DNA of 64,000 nucleotides from Candidatus Margulisiibacteriota bacterium (GTDB taxonomy: Bacteria > Margulisbacteria > WOR-1 > O2-12-FULL-45-9): the NCBI GenBank assembly GCA_034723395.1, contig JAYEOW010000007.1, forward strand, positions 38,605 through 102,604, read 5' to 3'. This document shows, piece by piece, positions 49,618 to 59,050 of this stretch. The position numbers were made by a program, and so were the translations under genes. Each line of letters opens with the position of its first letter. Position 1 is the first letter of the stretch. Below the pieces are notes generated by a model. It saw nothing but the letters and a program-made list of their open reading frames with translations, did no database searches and had not been told where the DNA came from.

Positions 49618-50417
49618 AAAAAATAGCTTTTATTATTTTATTAGTTGTAGCGGTCCTTTTTATTCTTACCCCCGTATATCTAATGGTTAAGATCTCTTTT
49701 TCTCCTCCATCTGATTTGTTAAAAGAGCATCCAGTCCTGGGAATTCATGGTGTAACGCTCGATCATTGGAAAACTATCCTTTCGGCCGGGCAGATATGGG
49801 CGCCGCTTGTGAAAAGTTTGGCAGTCGCACTGATGAGTGTGATCTTTACTCTTTTGATCGCGGTTCCAGGTGCGTATGCCCTCGCTAGGTTGCCTTATAA
49901 GCTGACCAGTGCTGTTTTATTATTCATTTTTCTCTCACGAATGGTCCCGGAGATCGAAATTGCCCTGCCGATCAGTATTAGTTTTATAAAAATCGGTCTT
50001 TTAGATACTAATTTCGGATTAATGTTGGCCCATTCTTTAAGAATTCTTCCGATCGTTACCTGGATTCTAGTCAGCAGCTTCAAAACGATCCCAAAAGAAC
50101 TCGAAGATGCTGCTTTTGTCGACGGGTGCAGTAAGATTCGAAGTTTGCTGTCGATTATTATCCCATTGGCTCTTCCAGGAATCGCAGTAGCGGCAATTTT
50201 CGGATTTCTCGGCTCCTGGGATGAGTTTACTTACGCGGTCTATCTGGCGATCACGAAAAAGACGCTCCCGCTGATGGTTTATTATTATATTAACCGCGCC
50301 TCTTTCTTCCTCGCGTCATCTTACGCCACGATTATTACTATTCCGGTGATTATTGTTACTTATGCTCTGCAGAAGTACCTTAAAGCGGAGTATTTGGCCG
50401 GGGCGGTTAAGGGTTAG
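49614..50417 (+). CDS. Carbohydrate ABC permease
   Basis: GAYALAR, IPKELEDAAFVDGC, WDEF, GAVKG. Confidence 0.93.
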   Translation: MKKIAFIILLVVAVLFILTPVYLMVKISFSPPSDLLKEHPVLGIHGVTLDHWKTILSAGQIWAPLVKSLAVALMSVIFTLLIAVPGAYALARLPYKLTSAVLLFIFLSRMVPEIEIALPISISFIKIGLLDTNFGLMLAHSLRILPIVTWILVSSFKTIPKELEDAAFVDGCSKIRSLLSIIIPLALPGIAVAAIFGFLGSWDEFTYAVYLAITKKTLPLMVYYYINRASFFLASSYATIITIPVIIVTYALQKYLKAEYLAGAVKG

Positions 50418-50418
50418 G

Positions 50419-51729
50419 TTATATGGGGAGCCTCAGGATAAAAGTGGAGCCTTTTCCAATGCCGGCTGATTCGGCCCAAATGCGGCCGCCGAGTTTTTGC
50501 AGTATCCCCCTTGAATTGTGCAGTCCCCATCCCGAACCTTTTATTTCGGGATGGAACCTTTTCCCTCCGCAAAAGGCTTCTGCTGCCTGATTGGAGGTTA
50601 GTCCCAGGCCTTGATCAATGACCCTTATTTCGACCTGGTTATCAGTAACGGAAACATTTATGGTTATGGGAGAGCCGGGATCGCTGTATTTTTGCGCGTT
50701 TTCAACTAAACTAAAAATAACATCGGAAATTTTTTCGCGATCGCTTACGATCCTTTCGGGCACTTGTTCATCAACATTGACCGAAAAGCGGGGAAAATCG
50801 TTTAAGGGTTGAAGGATAAGCCTTAGTTCTGTTGGCCCCTTTTCGATTTTCATTTCCAACGAACCTTCTTTGATTGGGGCCAAATATTTTTCAAGATAAG
50901 CGTCTAAACCGCGGAGCCGGCGGGTTATTTTTTCTAAATATCCGTTTTGTTTGGGAGATAGACCACCCGTTCTCTTTAATAAATCGGTATAGCCTAGTGG
51001 AGGGGTCAATCTGCCGCCAACGGCGTGTTTAAACCCGCTAAGCAGGTTGAAAGCCCGATCATACATGGTTTGGACCTCTTTTTTTTCTTTAACCAGATCT
51101 CTCCTGATATTCAGTTCATCAAGGCTTTGGGCGGCCGAGTTGCTGACAATGGCAGAAATGCTTAAGAGATCTTCGGGCTCCATACCATTTTGAAGGACCG
51201 AGCGGCCCGAAGGGAAGGCATCGGCCTTAAATGCGCCAAATATACTATCCTGGACAGAAAGGCAGCCAAAAAGCATGTCCATGTTTTCACCGCTCTGTTC
51301 AAAATTTTCACCATATTGGCGAACGTAGCCGTCAATTACTGTTTCATTAAGATGATTGCCTTTGATTTGCATAAAGTTGCCGTGTTTGTCAGAAAGAAAA
51401 TATTGCTGTGGTTGTAGGATGGTTGGAACGTAAACAAAACCTTCGTACTCGATAACCGTGGCCAAAGGGCCTTCGGGCGCAATGTTTTGAACGTGGCTTT
51501 TCTCAATTACCCCTTGAGGAAAGCCGGTGTGGGCGTGCAGGTTGCCAAAGGGATCAAGGTGATAGAACGAAACACGGTCCGCGTAGTGCGCCTTGGCCAG
51601 GGCAGCGGCCATTGCGTTGATTACTTCCGCGTGGGAAGTTGTTTCCCGGGCCTTAGCACTAAAGCGGGCAGCCACACGAACTGCGCGGCTGATCAGTAAA
51701 TTATTACTTTGTGATATTCTAGAGCTCAT
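50419..51729 (-). CDS. Orphan soluble histidine-kinase-like protein with atypical H-box
   Basis: GAF-like N-half; FKHAVGGRLTP; ENAQKYS, DQGLG, GSGWGL, GKGSTF. Confidence 0.8.
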   Translation of the reverse strand: MSSRISQSNNLLISRAVRVAARFSAKARETTSHAEVINAMAAALAKAHYADRVSFYHLDPFGNLHAHTGFPQGVIEKSHVQNIAPEGPLATVIEYEGFVYVPTILQPQQYFLSDKHGNFMQIKGNHLNETVIDGYVRQYGENFEQSGENMDMLFGCLSVQDSIFGAFKADAFPSGRSVLQNGMEPEDLLSISAIVSNSAAQSLDELNIRRDLVKEKKEVQTMYDRAFNLLSGFKHAVGGRLTPPLGYTDLLKRTGGLSPKQNGYLEKITRRLRGLDAYLEKYLAPIKEGSLEMKIEKGPTELRLILQPLNDFPRFSVNVDEQVPERIVSDREKISDVIFSLVENAQKYSDPGSPITINVSVTDNQVEIRVIDQGLGLTSNQAAEAFCGGKRFHPEIKGSGWGLHNSRGILQKLGGRIWAESAGIGKGSTFILRLPI

Positions 51730-51738
51730 ACATGGTTG

Positions 51739-51765
51739 TATCGGTACTTATGCGGAATAATTTCA
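51739..51765 (-). promoter_or_regulatory. Putative alternative-sigma (sigma28-like) promoter TGAAAT-N16-CGATA
   Basis: Minus strand TGAAAT-TATTCCGCATAAGTAC-CGATA, 9 nt before the ATG. Confidence 0.55.
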
Positions 51766-51790
51766 TTTTTATTATGATATAATCGGGACA

Positions 51791-52486
51791 ATGTTTAAGC
51801 GGCCATTAATTATATTACTGCTTGGCTTTTTCTTTGCGGGGGTGGTATTTGCGGATGCTAAATTCCCTTCTTATTCCGGATATATAAATGATTTTGCCGG
51901 CGTTCTTTCGGCTTCTCAAAAACAGGAGCTGGGGAGCCTTTCCCGAAGCCTAAAGCAAAAGACAGGCGCAGAGCTTGCGGTTGCGATCGTTAAGTCTGTT
52001 GAGCCGCTCGGTCCAAAACTTTATGCGGTCAAACTCTTTGAAAAATGGGGAATAGGAGAAAAGGGGGAGGATAACGGGATCCTTATTTTCCTGGCAATGA
52101 AGGAGCGAAGGGTCGAGATCGAAGTCGGTTATGGGTTGGAAGGGGTCCTTCCGGACGCGAAGACGGGCGAGATACTCGATAATTATGCGGTCCCATATTT
52201 TAAACAGGGGAAGATGGGAGAAGGAGTATTGCGGACCGCGCGGGTAATTGCCAGGGTTGCTGCCGGAGAAGATATTGAAACCGCAGCTAAATCGTCTGAC
52301 GCTTTTTCGGATTGGCTAATACTTCTCGTTATTTTTTGTTTTATCGGATTAATTATTTTTTTATCAATTAAACATGGTGGTAAGGGTAGCCGGGGTGGAT
52401 GGAGCTCAGGAGGGTGGAGTTCGGGGAGAGGGAGTAGTTTTGGGGGTGGTAGTTCCGGTGGTGGCGGCGCGGGGCGGAGCTGGTAA
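51791..52486 (+). CDS. TPM-domain (YgcG-like) protein
   Basis: INDFAGVL, WGIG..DNG, IEVGYGLEG, FGGGSSGGGGAGRSW. Confidence 0.93.
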   Translation: MFKRPLIILLLGFFFAGVVFADAKFPSYSGYINDFAGVLSASQKQELGSLSRSLKQKTGAELAVAIVKSVEPLGPKLYAVKLFEKWGIGEKGEDNGILIFLAMKERRVEIEVGYGLEGVLPDAKTGEILDNYAVPYFKQGKMGEGVLRTARVIARVAAGEDIETAAKSSDAFSDWLILLVIFCFIGLIIFLSIKHGGKGSRGGWSSGGWSSGRGSSFGGGSSGGGGAGRSW

Positions 52487-52505
52487 AAAAAAAGGAGGAA
52501 AAAAC

Positions 52506-53063
52506 ATGCGTTCAATATGGATCGCGCTCGGGATCGTTGTTCTTATAGGTGTTTTTATGACGAGTATGTATAACGGGCTGGTTGGCCTGGACCAAAATGT
52601 TAAACAATTGTGGTCTCAGGTGGAAAATCAATTACAGAGAAGATATGATCTCATCCCGAATTTAGTGCGTACGGTCAAAGGTTATGCGGCCCATGAAAAA
52701 GAGATATTTATTGATGTAGCCGAGGCCCGTGCCAAGCTGGCTGGAGCGGCGACGATCAATCAGAAAGCGCAGGCAGCCAGTGGATTAGAAGGTGTTTTGG
52801 GCAGGTTATTGGCGATTGCCGAGAACTATCCTCAGCTTCAGGCATCCAAAAACTTCCGCGCGCTGCAGGATGAGCTTTCGGGGACCGAGAATCGCCTGGC
52901 GGTTGCCAGGATGCGCTATAACGAAGGTGTTGAAAATTATAACCGCCGCGCAAAAAGCATCCCAACCGTCATGTTCGTAGGGCTGTTCGGTTTTGATCGC
53001 GAAAAGGCGTATTTTCAGGTTGCAAACGATGCAGTTAAAAAGACACCAAAAGTTGAGTTTTAG
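52506..53063 (+). CDS. lemA: LemA family protein
   Basis: LQRRYDLIPNLV, ENYPQL, GTENR..AR..YN. Confidence 0.95.
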   Translation: MRSIWIALGIVVLIGVFMTSMYNGLVGLDQNVKQLWSQVENQLQRRYDLIPNLVRTVKGYAAHEKEIFIDVAEARAKLAGAATINQKAQAASGLEGVLGRLLAIAENYPQLQASKNFRALQDELSGTENRLAVARMRYNEGVENYNRRAKSIPTVMFVGLFGFDREKAYFQVANDAVKKTPKVEF

Positions 53064-53658
53064 CGTAAAACAAGCCAAAGCCTTCGATAAATATGCCCGG
53101 GAAAAATTGGGGATACCTTCTATTATTCTTATGGAAAACGCAGGGAGGGATGTTGCCGAAGAAGCGCTTAGAATGCTCGGCAAAAAGAAGCGCGTTACGG
53201 TTGTTTGCGGGGTGGGCAACAATGGCGGGGATGGATTTGTGGCGGCAAGACATCTTATCAATGCAGGGATTAAGGTTTCCATTCTCATCGTCGGTAAACT
53301 ATCCAAACTTAAACCGGGTCCGAAGACGAATTATAATATCCTCAAGAAAATGAAGGCCAAATTTACAAAAAAAATCGATGGCGATCTGATTATTGATGCA
53401 CTATTTGGGATCGGCCTTAATTCGAGCATTCGAGAGCCCTATATTCGGGTCATTAGGGCGATAAATAATTCGGGTATTCGAGTTTTAGCGGTTGATGTTC
53501 CTTCCGGCCTCGACGCGGATACCGGTAAACCACTAGAAATTGCTGTTAGAGCACGGAAAACGGTTACTTTTGTGGCTCCGAAGAAGGGATTTTCTAGGGC
53601 CGGGAAGTATTGCGGCAAGATTGTAACAAAAGATATCGGGATCACGACACGAAAATAA
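53053..53658 (+). CDS. nnrE: NAD(P)H-hydrate epimerase (stand-alone YjeF N-domain)
   Basis: LMENAG, GNNGGDG, DALFGIG, DVPSG; start approximate. Confidence 0.9.
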   Translation: MSFSVKQAKAFDKYAREKLGIPSIILMENAGRDVAEEALRMLGKKKRVTVVCGVGNNGGDGFVAARHLINAGIKVSILIVGKLSKLKPGPKTNYNILKKMKAKFTKKIDGDLIIDALFGIGLNSSIREPYIRVIRAINNSGIRVLAVDVPSGLDADTGKPLEIAVRARKTVTFVAPKKGFSRAGKYCGKIVTKDIGITTRK

Positions 53659-53662
53659 GCCA

Positions 53663-53690
53663 TTGACACCGCCTACTACAAGTCTAAAAT
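53663..53690 (+). promoter_or_regulatory. Sigma70-type promoter
   Basis: TTGACA-N16-TAAAAT. Confidence 0.65.
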
Positions 53691-53731
53691 ACATCTTAGG
53701 ATAGCGATAAATCGCAAATTGGAGGTTTTCT

Positions 53732-56005
53732 ATGGTCGAAATATCTGATAAGGAATATAAAGAACTAAAGGGACGCAAGCAGGCGGAGGAAAGGGTAAAA
53801 CAACTCAATCTTGTGTTGTGCTCCATACGGAAAGTAAACCAGCTAGTCATCAAGGAAAAAGATCGCGATAAAGTGATCAAGGGCGTTTGTGTCAACCTGG
53901 TCGAAACGCGCGGGTATCACAATGCCTGGATCGTCCTATTAGATGAATCCAACAGGGTTGCGGCAACCGCTGAATCAGGCTTAGGCAAGGCTTTCCTGCC
54001 CATGGCCGAGCAGTTGGAACGCGGCAAGCTGCCTGCTTGCGGGCGGAGGGCGTTGAAGGAAGCGGGCGTCATAGTTACCCCAGATCCCAGTTCATCTTGC
54101 ACAGACTGTCCTCTGGCGGCGAGTTACTATGGCCGCGCGGGAATGAGCGTCCGCCTGGAGTATGAAGGGAAGGTCTATGGCTTGTTGGCTGTCTCAACCT
54201 CCGCCAATTTTGTCGCCGACGATGAAGAACGCTCCTTGTTCCGGGAGGTTGCCGGAGACATTGCCTTCGCTTTGCGTAATATAAAATTGAATGAGGGACG
54301 CAAGCAGGCGGAAGATGCTGTAAAGGAAAGCCGACAGTTTTTATCAAATGTCTTTTTCAGTATTCAGGATGGCATCAGTGTTTTGGATAAGGAATTCAAC
54401 ATTGTGATGGTCAATGCGAAGATGGAAAAGTGGTACGCGCATGCTATGCCCCTTGTGGGCAAGAAATGTTACCAGGCCTATCAGGGCCGGAGTAAGCGCT
54501 GCGAAATTTGCCCAAGCTATGAATCTATGCGAACAGGAAAACTCGCGCGTGAGGTCGTCCCCATGCAAGGGCCCAAGGGCCGGGTCGTTGGCTGGATCGA
54601 GTTATTCGGTTTTCCGCTGATCGATGAAAAAACAGGTGAGCTGACCGGCGTGATCGAATATGTTCGCGACATCACCGAGCGCAGGAAGGTGGAGGATGAG
54701 TTGCGGCAAGTCGAGGAGAGGTACAGAACGGTTTTTGAAAATACCGGGAATGCTACACTTATCCTGGAAAAAGATCGTACGATATCGTTAGTAAACAGGG
54801 GCTTTGAGGTTTTGTCCGGATTTTCGCGGGAGGAGATTGAAGGGAAAAAGCGTTGGGAGGAATTTGTTGCTGAAGAAGACCTGGAGAAGATGAAGGAACA
54901 GCATGAGCTGAGAAGAAAAAAACCAGGATCAGCTATGAATGTGTATGAATTCAGGTTTGTTGATAGGAATGGGGTAGTTAAAGATATACTGCTTACCGTT
55001 GACATGATCCCCGGGACCATGAAGAGCGTGGCATCTCTTATGGACATCACCGGGCGCAAACGGGCGGAGGAAGCGCTAAAGAAAAGTGAAGAAAAATTCC
55101 GGATGATCAGTGAAAATACAAATGATGTAATTGGTTTAACTACCTTCAGCTTGGATCCGGTTTACACCTACCTAAGCCCCTCGGTCAAGGATGTGTTTGG
55201 TTATCAACCTGAGGAGCTGATCGGCAAATCCGCCCTTGATTATATCCATCCTGATGATAAGAAAAAGTTGCTTCCCCTGCTAAAAAAATACATAAGTATG
55301 AAGGTTAAAGGAGTTTTTGGGGCAGGCAACAAAAATATTGCTGAGATGATCGAATTTCGTTCTAAGGATAAATCAGGGAATTGGCATTGGGCGGAAAGCA
55401 GGGTAAACCTTATTGGGAAAGACTCTTTGGCGTATGTTGCGAGGGACATCACCGAGCGCAAGCGGGCGGAGGAGAAATTACAAGAGCGGATAAATGAGCT
55501 TAACTGTCTCTACAATATTTCTGTCCTTTTTGATAGGCGGAGATTGTCGGTGGATGAGATGCTTTATCAATCACTTGGGTTAATACGCTTTGCCTGGCGG
55601 CGCCCCGAGGCCGTCTGTGTCAGGATAAAACTGGACGGCAGAGAATTTAAGACCGATAACTTCCGGGAAACGGAGTGGAAGTTTTCGGTCGCTATTAAAG
55701 TGCATGGCAGTGACCTTGGCTCATTAACCGTCTGTTATCTGGGAAAAAGGTCGCGATCCGATGAGCCATTCCTTGAAGGAGAGAAAAAACTTATCCGTGT
55801 GATTGCCGAGTACCTGGGGCACGTTGTCCAGCACAGACTTACGGAGGAGGATACCTCAAACAGGAAGGAAGAGCTGGAGAAATTCTATAAGATCGCGATG
55901 GGGCGGGAGGACAGGGTACTCGAGCTGAAGAAGAAAGTTGAGGAGCTTGAGGACAGGATAATAGAATTAAAGAGAGAGCTTAAAGGGAAGCTGGGGAAAA
56001 TATGA
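53732..56005 (+). CDS. GAF plus 3xPAS sensor protein with no recognisable output domain
   Basis: Repeated DITERK/DITGRK linkers; C-terminal coiled coil [13 protein letters not shown]. Confidence 0.85.
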   Translation: MVEISDKEYKELKGRKQAEERVKQLNLVLCSIRKVNQLVIKEKDRDKVIKGVCVNLVETRGYHNAWIVLLDESNRVAATAESGLGKAFLPMAEQLERGKLPACGRRALKEAGVIVTPDPSSSCTDCPLAASYYGRAGMSVRLEYEGKVYGLLAVSTSANFVADDEERSLFREVAGDIAFALRNIKLNEGRKQAEDAVKESRQFLSNVFFSIQDGISVLDKEFNIVMVNAKMEKWYAHAMPLVGKKCYQAYQGRSKRCEICPSYESMRTGKLAREVVPMQGPKGRVVGWIELFGFPLIDEKTGELTGVIEYVRDITERRKVEDELRQVEERYRTVFENTGNATLILEKDRTISLVNRGFEVLSGFSREEIEGKKRWEEFVAEEDLEKMKEQHELRRKKPGSAMNVYEFRFVDRNGVVKDILLTVDMIPGTMKSVASLMDITGRKRAEEALKKSEEKFRMISENTNDVIGLTTFSLDPVYTYLSPSVKDVFGYQPEELIGKSALDYIHPDDKKKLLPLLKKYISMKVKGVFGAGNKNIAEMIEFRSKDKSGNWHWAESRVNLIGKDSLAYVARDITERKRAEEKLQERINELNCLYNISVLFDRRRLSVDEMLYQSLGLIRFAWRRPEAVCVRIKLDGREFKTDNFRETEWKFSVAIKVHGSDLGSLTVCYLGKRSRSDEPFLEGEKKLIRVIAEYLGHVVQHRLTEEDTSNRKEELEKFYKIAMGREDRVLELKKKVEELEDRIIELKRELKGKLGKI

Positions 56006-57876
56006 GCTATATACTTGCCCTAATATCGATGGCCGGTTTCATAATTGCCGGAGTTTGCGCGGTATTTGTCCTGACGCGCAACCCGAAAGAGCGGTTAAGC
56101 CGGATTTTCTTTGTTTTTTCGTCGGCTGTCGCCTTTTATTGTCTTTCTGATTTTTTATTAAAGATCACGGCTTTTGTATTGATGGCCAGGGTGTATTCTG
56201 CGTTCGCGCTTTTCTTCTGGCCGCTTATATTAGGTTCTTTACTGCATTTTACACTGGTGTTGGGGAAGAATAAGAAAATATTAGGCAGATGGTTGGGCTA
56301 TGCGCTGATCTATTTTCCTGTCCCGCTAATTTTTTATCTGCACGCGGTGCAAGGTGTTTTTTTCGCGGGATTTGAAATGTCTCCGCCCGCGAACATTGAG
56401 ATCCTCGGGAAATATTACTGGGTTCTGCTGGTTTATTCGAATATGTTTTTTATCGCGACGTTGTTATTTGCATGGCGGGCTTGGCGTCGCGCGCAAGAAA
56501 AAAAAGAGAAGAGCCAAAACGCGCTGGTCCTTACCGGTTTTGTGCTTGCTTATGCGATCGTCACTTTTTTTGAGCAGCTTTTACCAGCCTTTCATGGCCA
56601 CCCGATAATAATTGTCCCTTTTGCGTTATTGGTTATAGTATTATTTTTCGCTTATGCCGTAGTCAGGTATGAAATGCTCGTTGTGTCCCCAGCTACGGTG
56701 GCGCAGGATATTTTACGGACCATGCCTGAACTCCTGATAGTGGTAGATACCAAACGAAGGGTAATCCTGGTTAACCAGATAGCCATGGATGTTTTTGGTT
56801 ATTCTCATGAGGAGTTCATAAGCCTATCATGCCACGATCTCTACGTGAATAAGGGAGAGTGTGAAAAAATACATAAGGAGACTACCAAAAAAGGATATAT
56901 CAAAAATTGCCAGACCACTATTTTGGACAAAAACAGGAGGCCAGTGCCGGTAAACGCCAATATATCTATAGTCAAAGACCGGTTTGGAGGGGAGATAGGG
57001 AGGATCTTGGTTTTCCGCGATATTTCCGGGGAACAGAAGACTATAGCCGAATTGGAGAAAACCAGGAAAAGGATGCTCAGTATCCTGGAGGATACAACTG
57101 AGGCAAGGGATATGGCCAAGGAAGGTAAGGTTGAGATCGAGAAGCTTTATGAGGATTTAAAAGTTGTCGATCAGATGAAGACCGAGTTTTTGTCAATGGT
57201 TTCGCATGAACTGAGAACCCCGCTAACCCCGATAAAAGGATATTCGGCCATGCTTCTTGCCGGCGGGTTGGGAAAACTATCTTCCAGGCAAGAGCAGGTC
57301 ATCGGAGTCATAGAGAGGGAGGGCGACCATTTGTTGGAGTTGATCAACAGCATTCTGGATATAAGCCGGATAACCCGCGGGCGCACTCTTGACCTAATAA
57401 AAGAGCCGATATCGGTGAAAGCCCTGTTTGAAGACCTGGTCCTGGTCATGCGCCCTCAGACAGAAGAGAAGAATATTAATATCGAAATCGACCTGCCAAA
57501 AGATATCCCAACGATCGTCGGAGACTTGTACAAGATCAGGAGGGTGTTGACCAATCTGCTGGGGAATGCGATCAAGTTTACGCCTGAGGGGGGATCGATC
57601 AAGCTAAGCGGTGAAATAGAAGGCAAGCAGATAAGAATGTGCGTAAAGGATAACGGGATCGGGGTCGATAAGGATAAGACCGAAAAAATATTTGATAAAT
57701 TTTACCAGGTTGACAGCTCGTATACCCGCAAAGTAGGCGGGCTGGGGCTCGGTCTGGCGATCGCCCAGGATATCGTCGAAGCGCACGGAGGAAAGATTTG
57801 GGTGGAGTCGGAAGGGGTGGGAAGGGGAGCCAGGTTTTGTTTTACATTGCCTGTGGCGGAAGAAAAAAAAGCCTAA
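56002..57876 (+). CDS. 7TM-PAS sensor histidine kinase
   Basis: [26 protein letters not shown]. Confidence 0.94.
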   Translation: MSYILALISMAGFIIAGVCAVFVLTRNPKERLSRIFFVFSSAVAFYCLSDFLLKITAFVLMARVYSAFALFFWPLILGSLLHFTLVLGKNKKILGRWLGYALIYFPVPLIFYLHAVQGVFFAGFEMSPPANIEILGKYYWVLLVYSNMFFIATLLFAWRAWRRAQEKKEKSQNALVLTGFVLAYAIVTFFEQLLPAFHGHPIIIVPFALLVIVLFFAYAVVRYEMLVVSPATVAQDILRTMPELLIVVDTKRRVILVNQIAMDVFGYSHEEFISLSCHDLYVNKGECEKIHKETTKKGYIKNCQTTILDKNRRPVPVNANISIVKDRFGGEIGRILVFRDISGEQKTIAELEKTRKRMLSILEDTTEARDMAKEGKVEIEKLYEDLKVVDQMKTEFLSMVSHELRTPLTPIKGYSAMLLAGGLGKLSSRQEQVIGVIEREGDHLLELINSILDISRITRGRTLDLIKEPISVKALFEDLVLVMRPQTEEKNINIEIDLPKDIPTIVGDLYKIRRVLTNLLGNAIKFTPEGGSIKLSGEIEGKQIRMCVKDNGIGVDKDKTEKIFDKFYQVDSSYTRKVGGLGLGLAIAQDIVEAHGGKIWVESEGVGRGARFCFTLPVAEEKKA

Positions 57877-57929
57877 CGCGGCGCCGGTCCTGGCGGACCG
57901 TAACATTTTCTGGAATGATGGGATGTAAG

Positions 57930-57956
57930 TGAAATTTACCTTCGTTTTTTGCGATA
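57930..57956 (+). promoter_or_regulatory. Putative alternative-sigma (sigma28-like) promoter TGAAAT-N16-CGATA
   Basis: TGAAAT-TTACCTTCGTTTTTTG-CGATA; same spacing as the site at 51739-51765. Confidence 0.55.
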
Positions 57957-57989
57957 ATAATCCAGTAGTTTATGATTTAAGGAGATTAA

Positions 57990-59000
57990 ATGAACGGAAT
58001 CGGTCCGATAAAAGGTAAGCCAATTGCCCGCATTCTCCCGAAACGGCCAACCCGTGCTGGAGGGTTGCGACGGGTGGGGATAAAGAGGGGGATGAGAGAG
58101 GATATTCCGCTCAGGGATTTTATTACTGAACTTGTCAGATCGTTCCAGCCGCAGGTGGAGCGGGAAGGGGCAATGTTTTTTGCGAATATAAGGGGGTTGG
58201 GAGAGGGCGATGGGATTAGGATGGTCTGTTCTGAGCTGGAGGATCTTTTACACAGTCTTATTTCGTGTGCCATAAAGGCTCTGGAAACAAAAGAGGGGAC
58301 GGGTAAGGCGATAAGCCTGGAGGTGAGGAGAAAAGGTGATTCTATAGAGATAACGTTGGAGCATAACGGTTGCGGGACCACGCTTGAGGAGCTTTCATCC
58401 CTTGGAGAAATAGTTGATAAAAACGGCGGGAAGATCAATATAGCGAACGATTTGGGGCAGGGGACCAAGCTTACCATTATCTTTCCCAGGCAGGGAGAGG
58501 CCAGGGCCAACAAAGGGGATAACGAGCTGGACGATAACCCGTTTCACCTGTTTATCCGCCATTTTATCCACGCGTGCAACAGTCCGATGACGGGTTTGAA
58601 CTACCTGCGCATGCCATCGGTGGATGGGGTGCGGCTTGCCCGACATTATTTTAGCAAAATGATCAATGATTTCAGGGCGATCGCCGACTTTATTGCCGAC
58701 GCGAGCGAGCCGGCCTTTGGGAGCCAACTGCTAAGTGAGACTTTCCTGCCGACCTCTACTATGAGCAATCGTGATGTTGTAAAGGCCTGGGGATCTGTGC
58801 CGGCCGGAGAGAGATATAAAATTGCTATTGTACTGCGGCTCTATTTTGAAAAAATTGACGATCACCTGGGAGGGATTAACCGTATTTTGAGCAGAATGAC
58901 GCTCACTCCCGGAAATATAGACGAAGTAATGGCTCTTCACGACAAAATAGTTAAGGTCAACAGGAGTATGAGCTCGGCCGAATATTATAGATCCCTATGA
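57990..59000 (+). CDS. Degenerate HATPase-domain protein with Arg-rich N-terminus
   Basis: LEHNGCG, GGKINIANDLGQGTKLTIIFP; N-box lost (ISCAIKA). Confidence 0.65.
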   Translation: MNGIGPIKGKPIARILPKRPTRAGGLRRVGIKRGMREDIPLRDFITELVRSFQPQVEREGAMFFANIRGLGEGDGIRMVCSELEDLLHSLISCAIKALETKEGTGKAISLEVRRKGDSIEITLEHNGCGTTLEELSSLGEIVDKNGGKINIANDLGQGTKLTIIFPRQGEARANKGDNELDDNPFHLFIRHFIHACNSPMTGLNYLRMPSVDGVRLARHYFSKMINDFRAIADFIADASEPAFGSQLLSETFLPTSTMSNRDVVKAWGSVPAGERYKIAIVLRLYFEKIDDHLGGINRILSRMTLTPGNIDEVMALHDKIVKVNRSMSSAEYYRSL

Positions 59001-59012
59001 CCCAAAATAGTG

Positions 59013-59041
59013 TTGACAAGTAGATGCCCACCTGCTAAAAT
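59013..59041 (+). promoter_or_regulatory. Sigma70-type promoter for extended glnA
   Basis: TTGACA-N17-TAAAAT with TG extension, 9 nt before ATG 59051. Confidence 0.75.
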
Positions 59042-59050
59042 GCTTCCACA

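Noticed and set aside
52378..52483. G-rich repeats in the TPM gene
   Set aside because: Ordinary Gly/Ser tail of this family.
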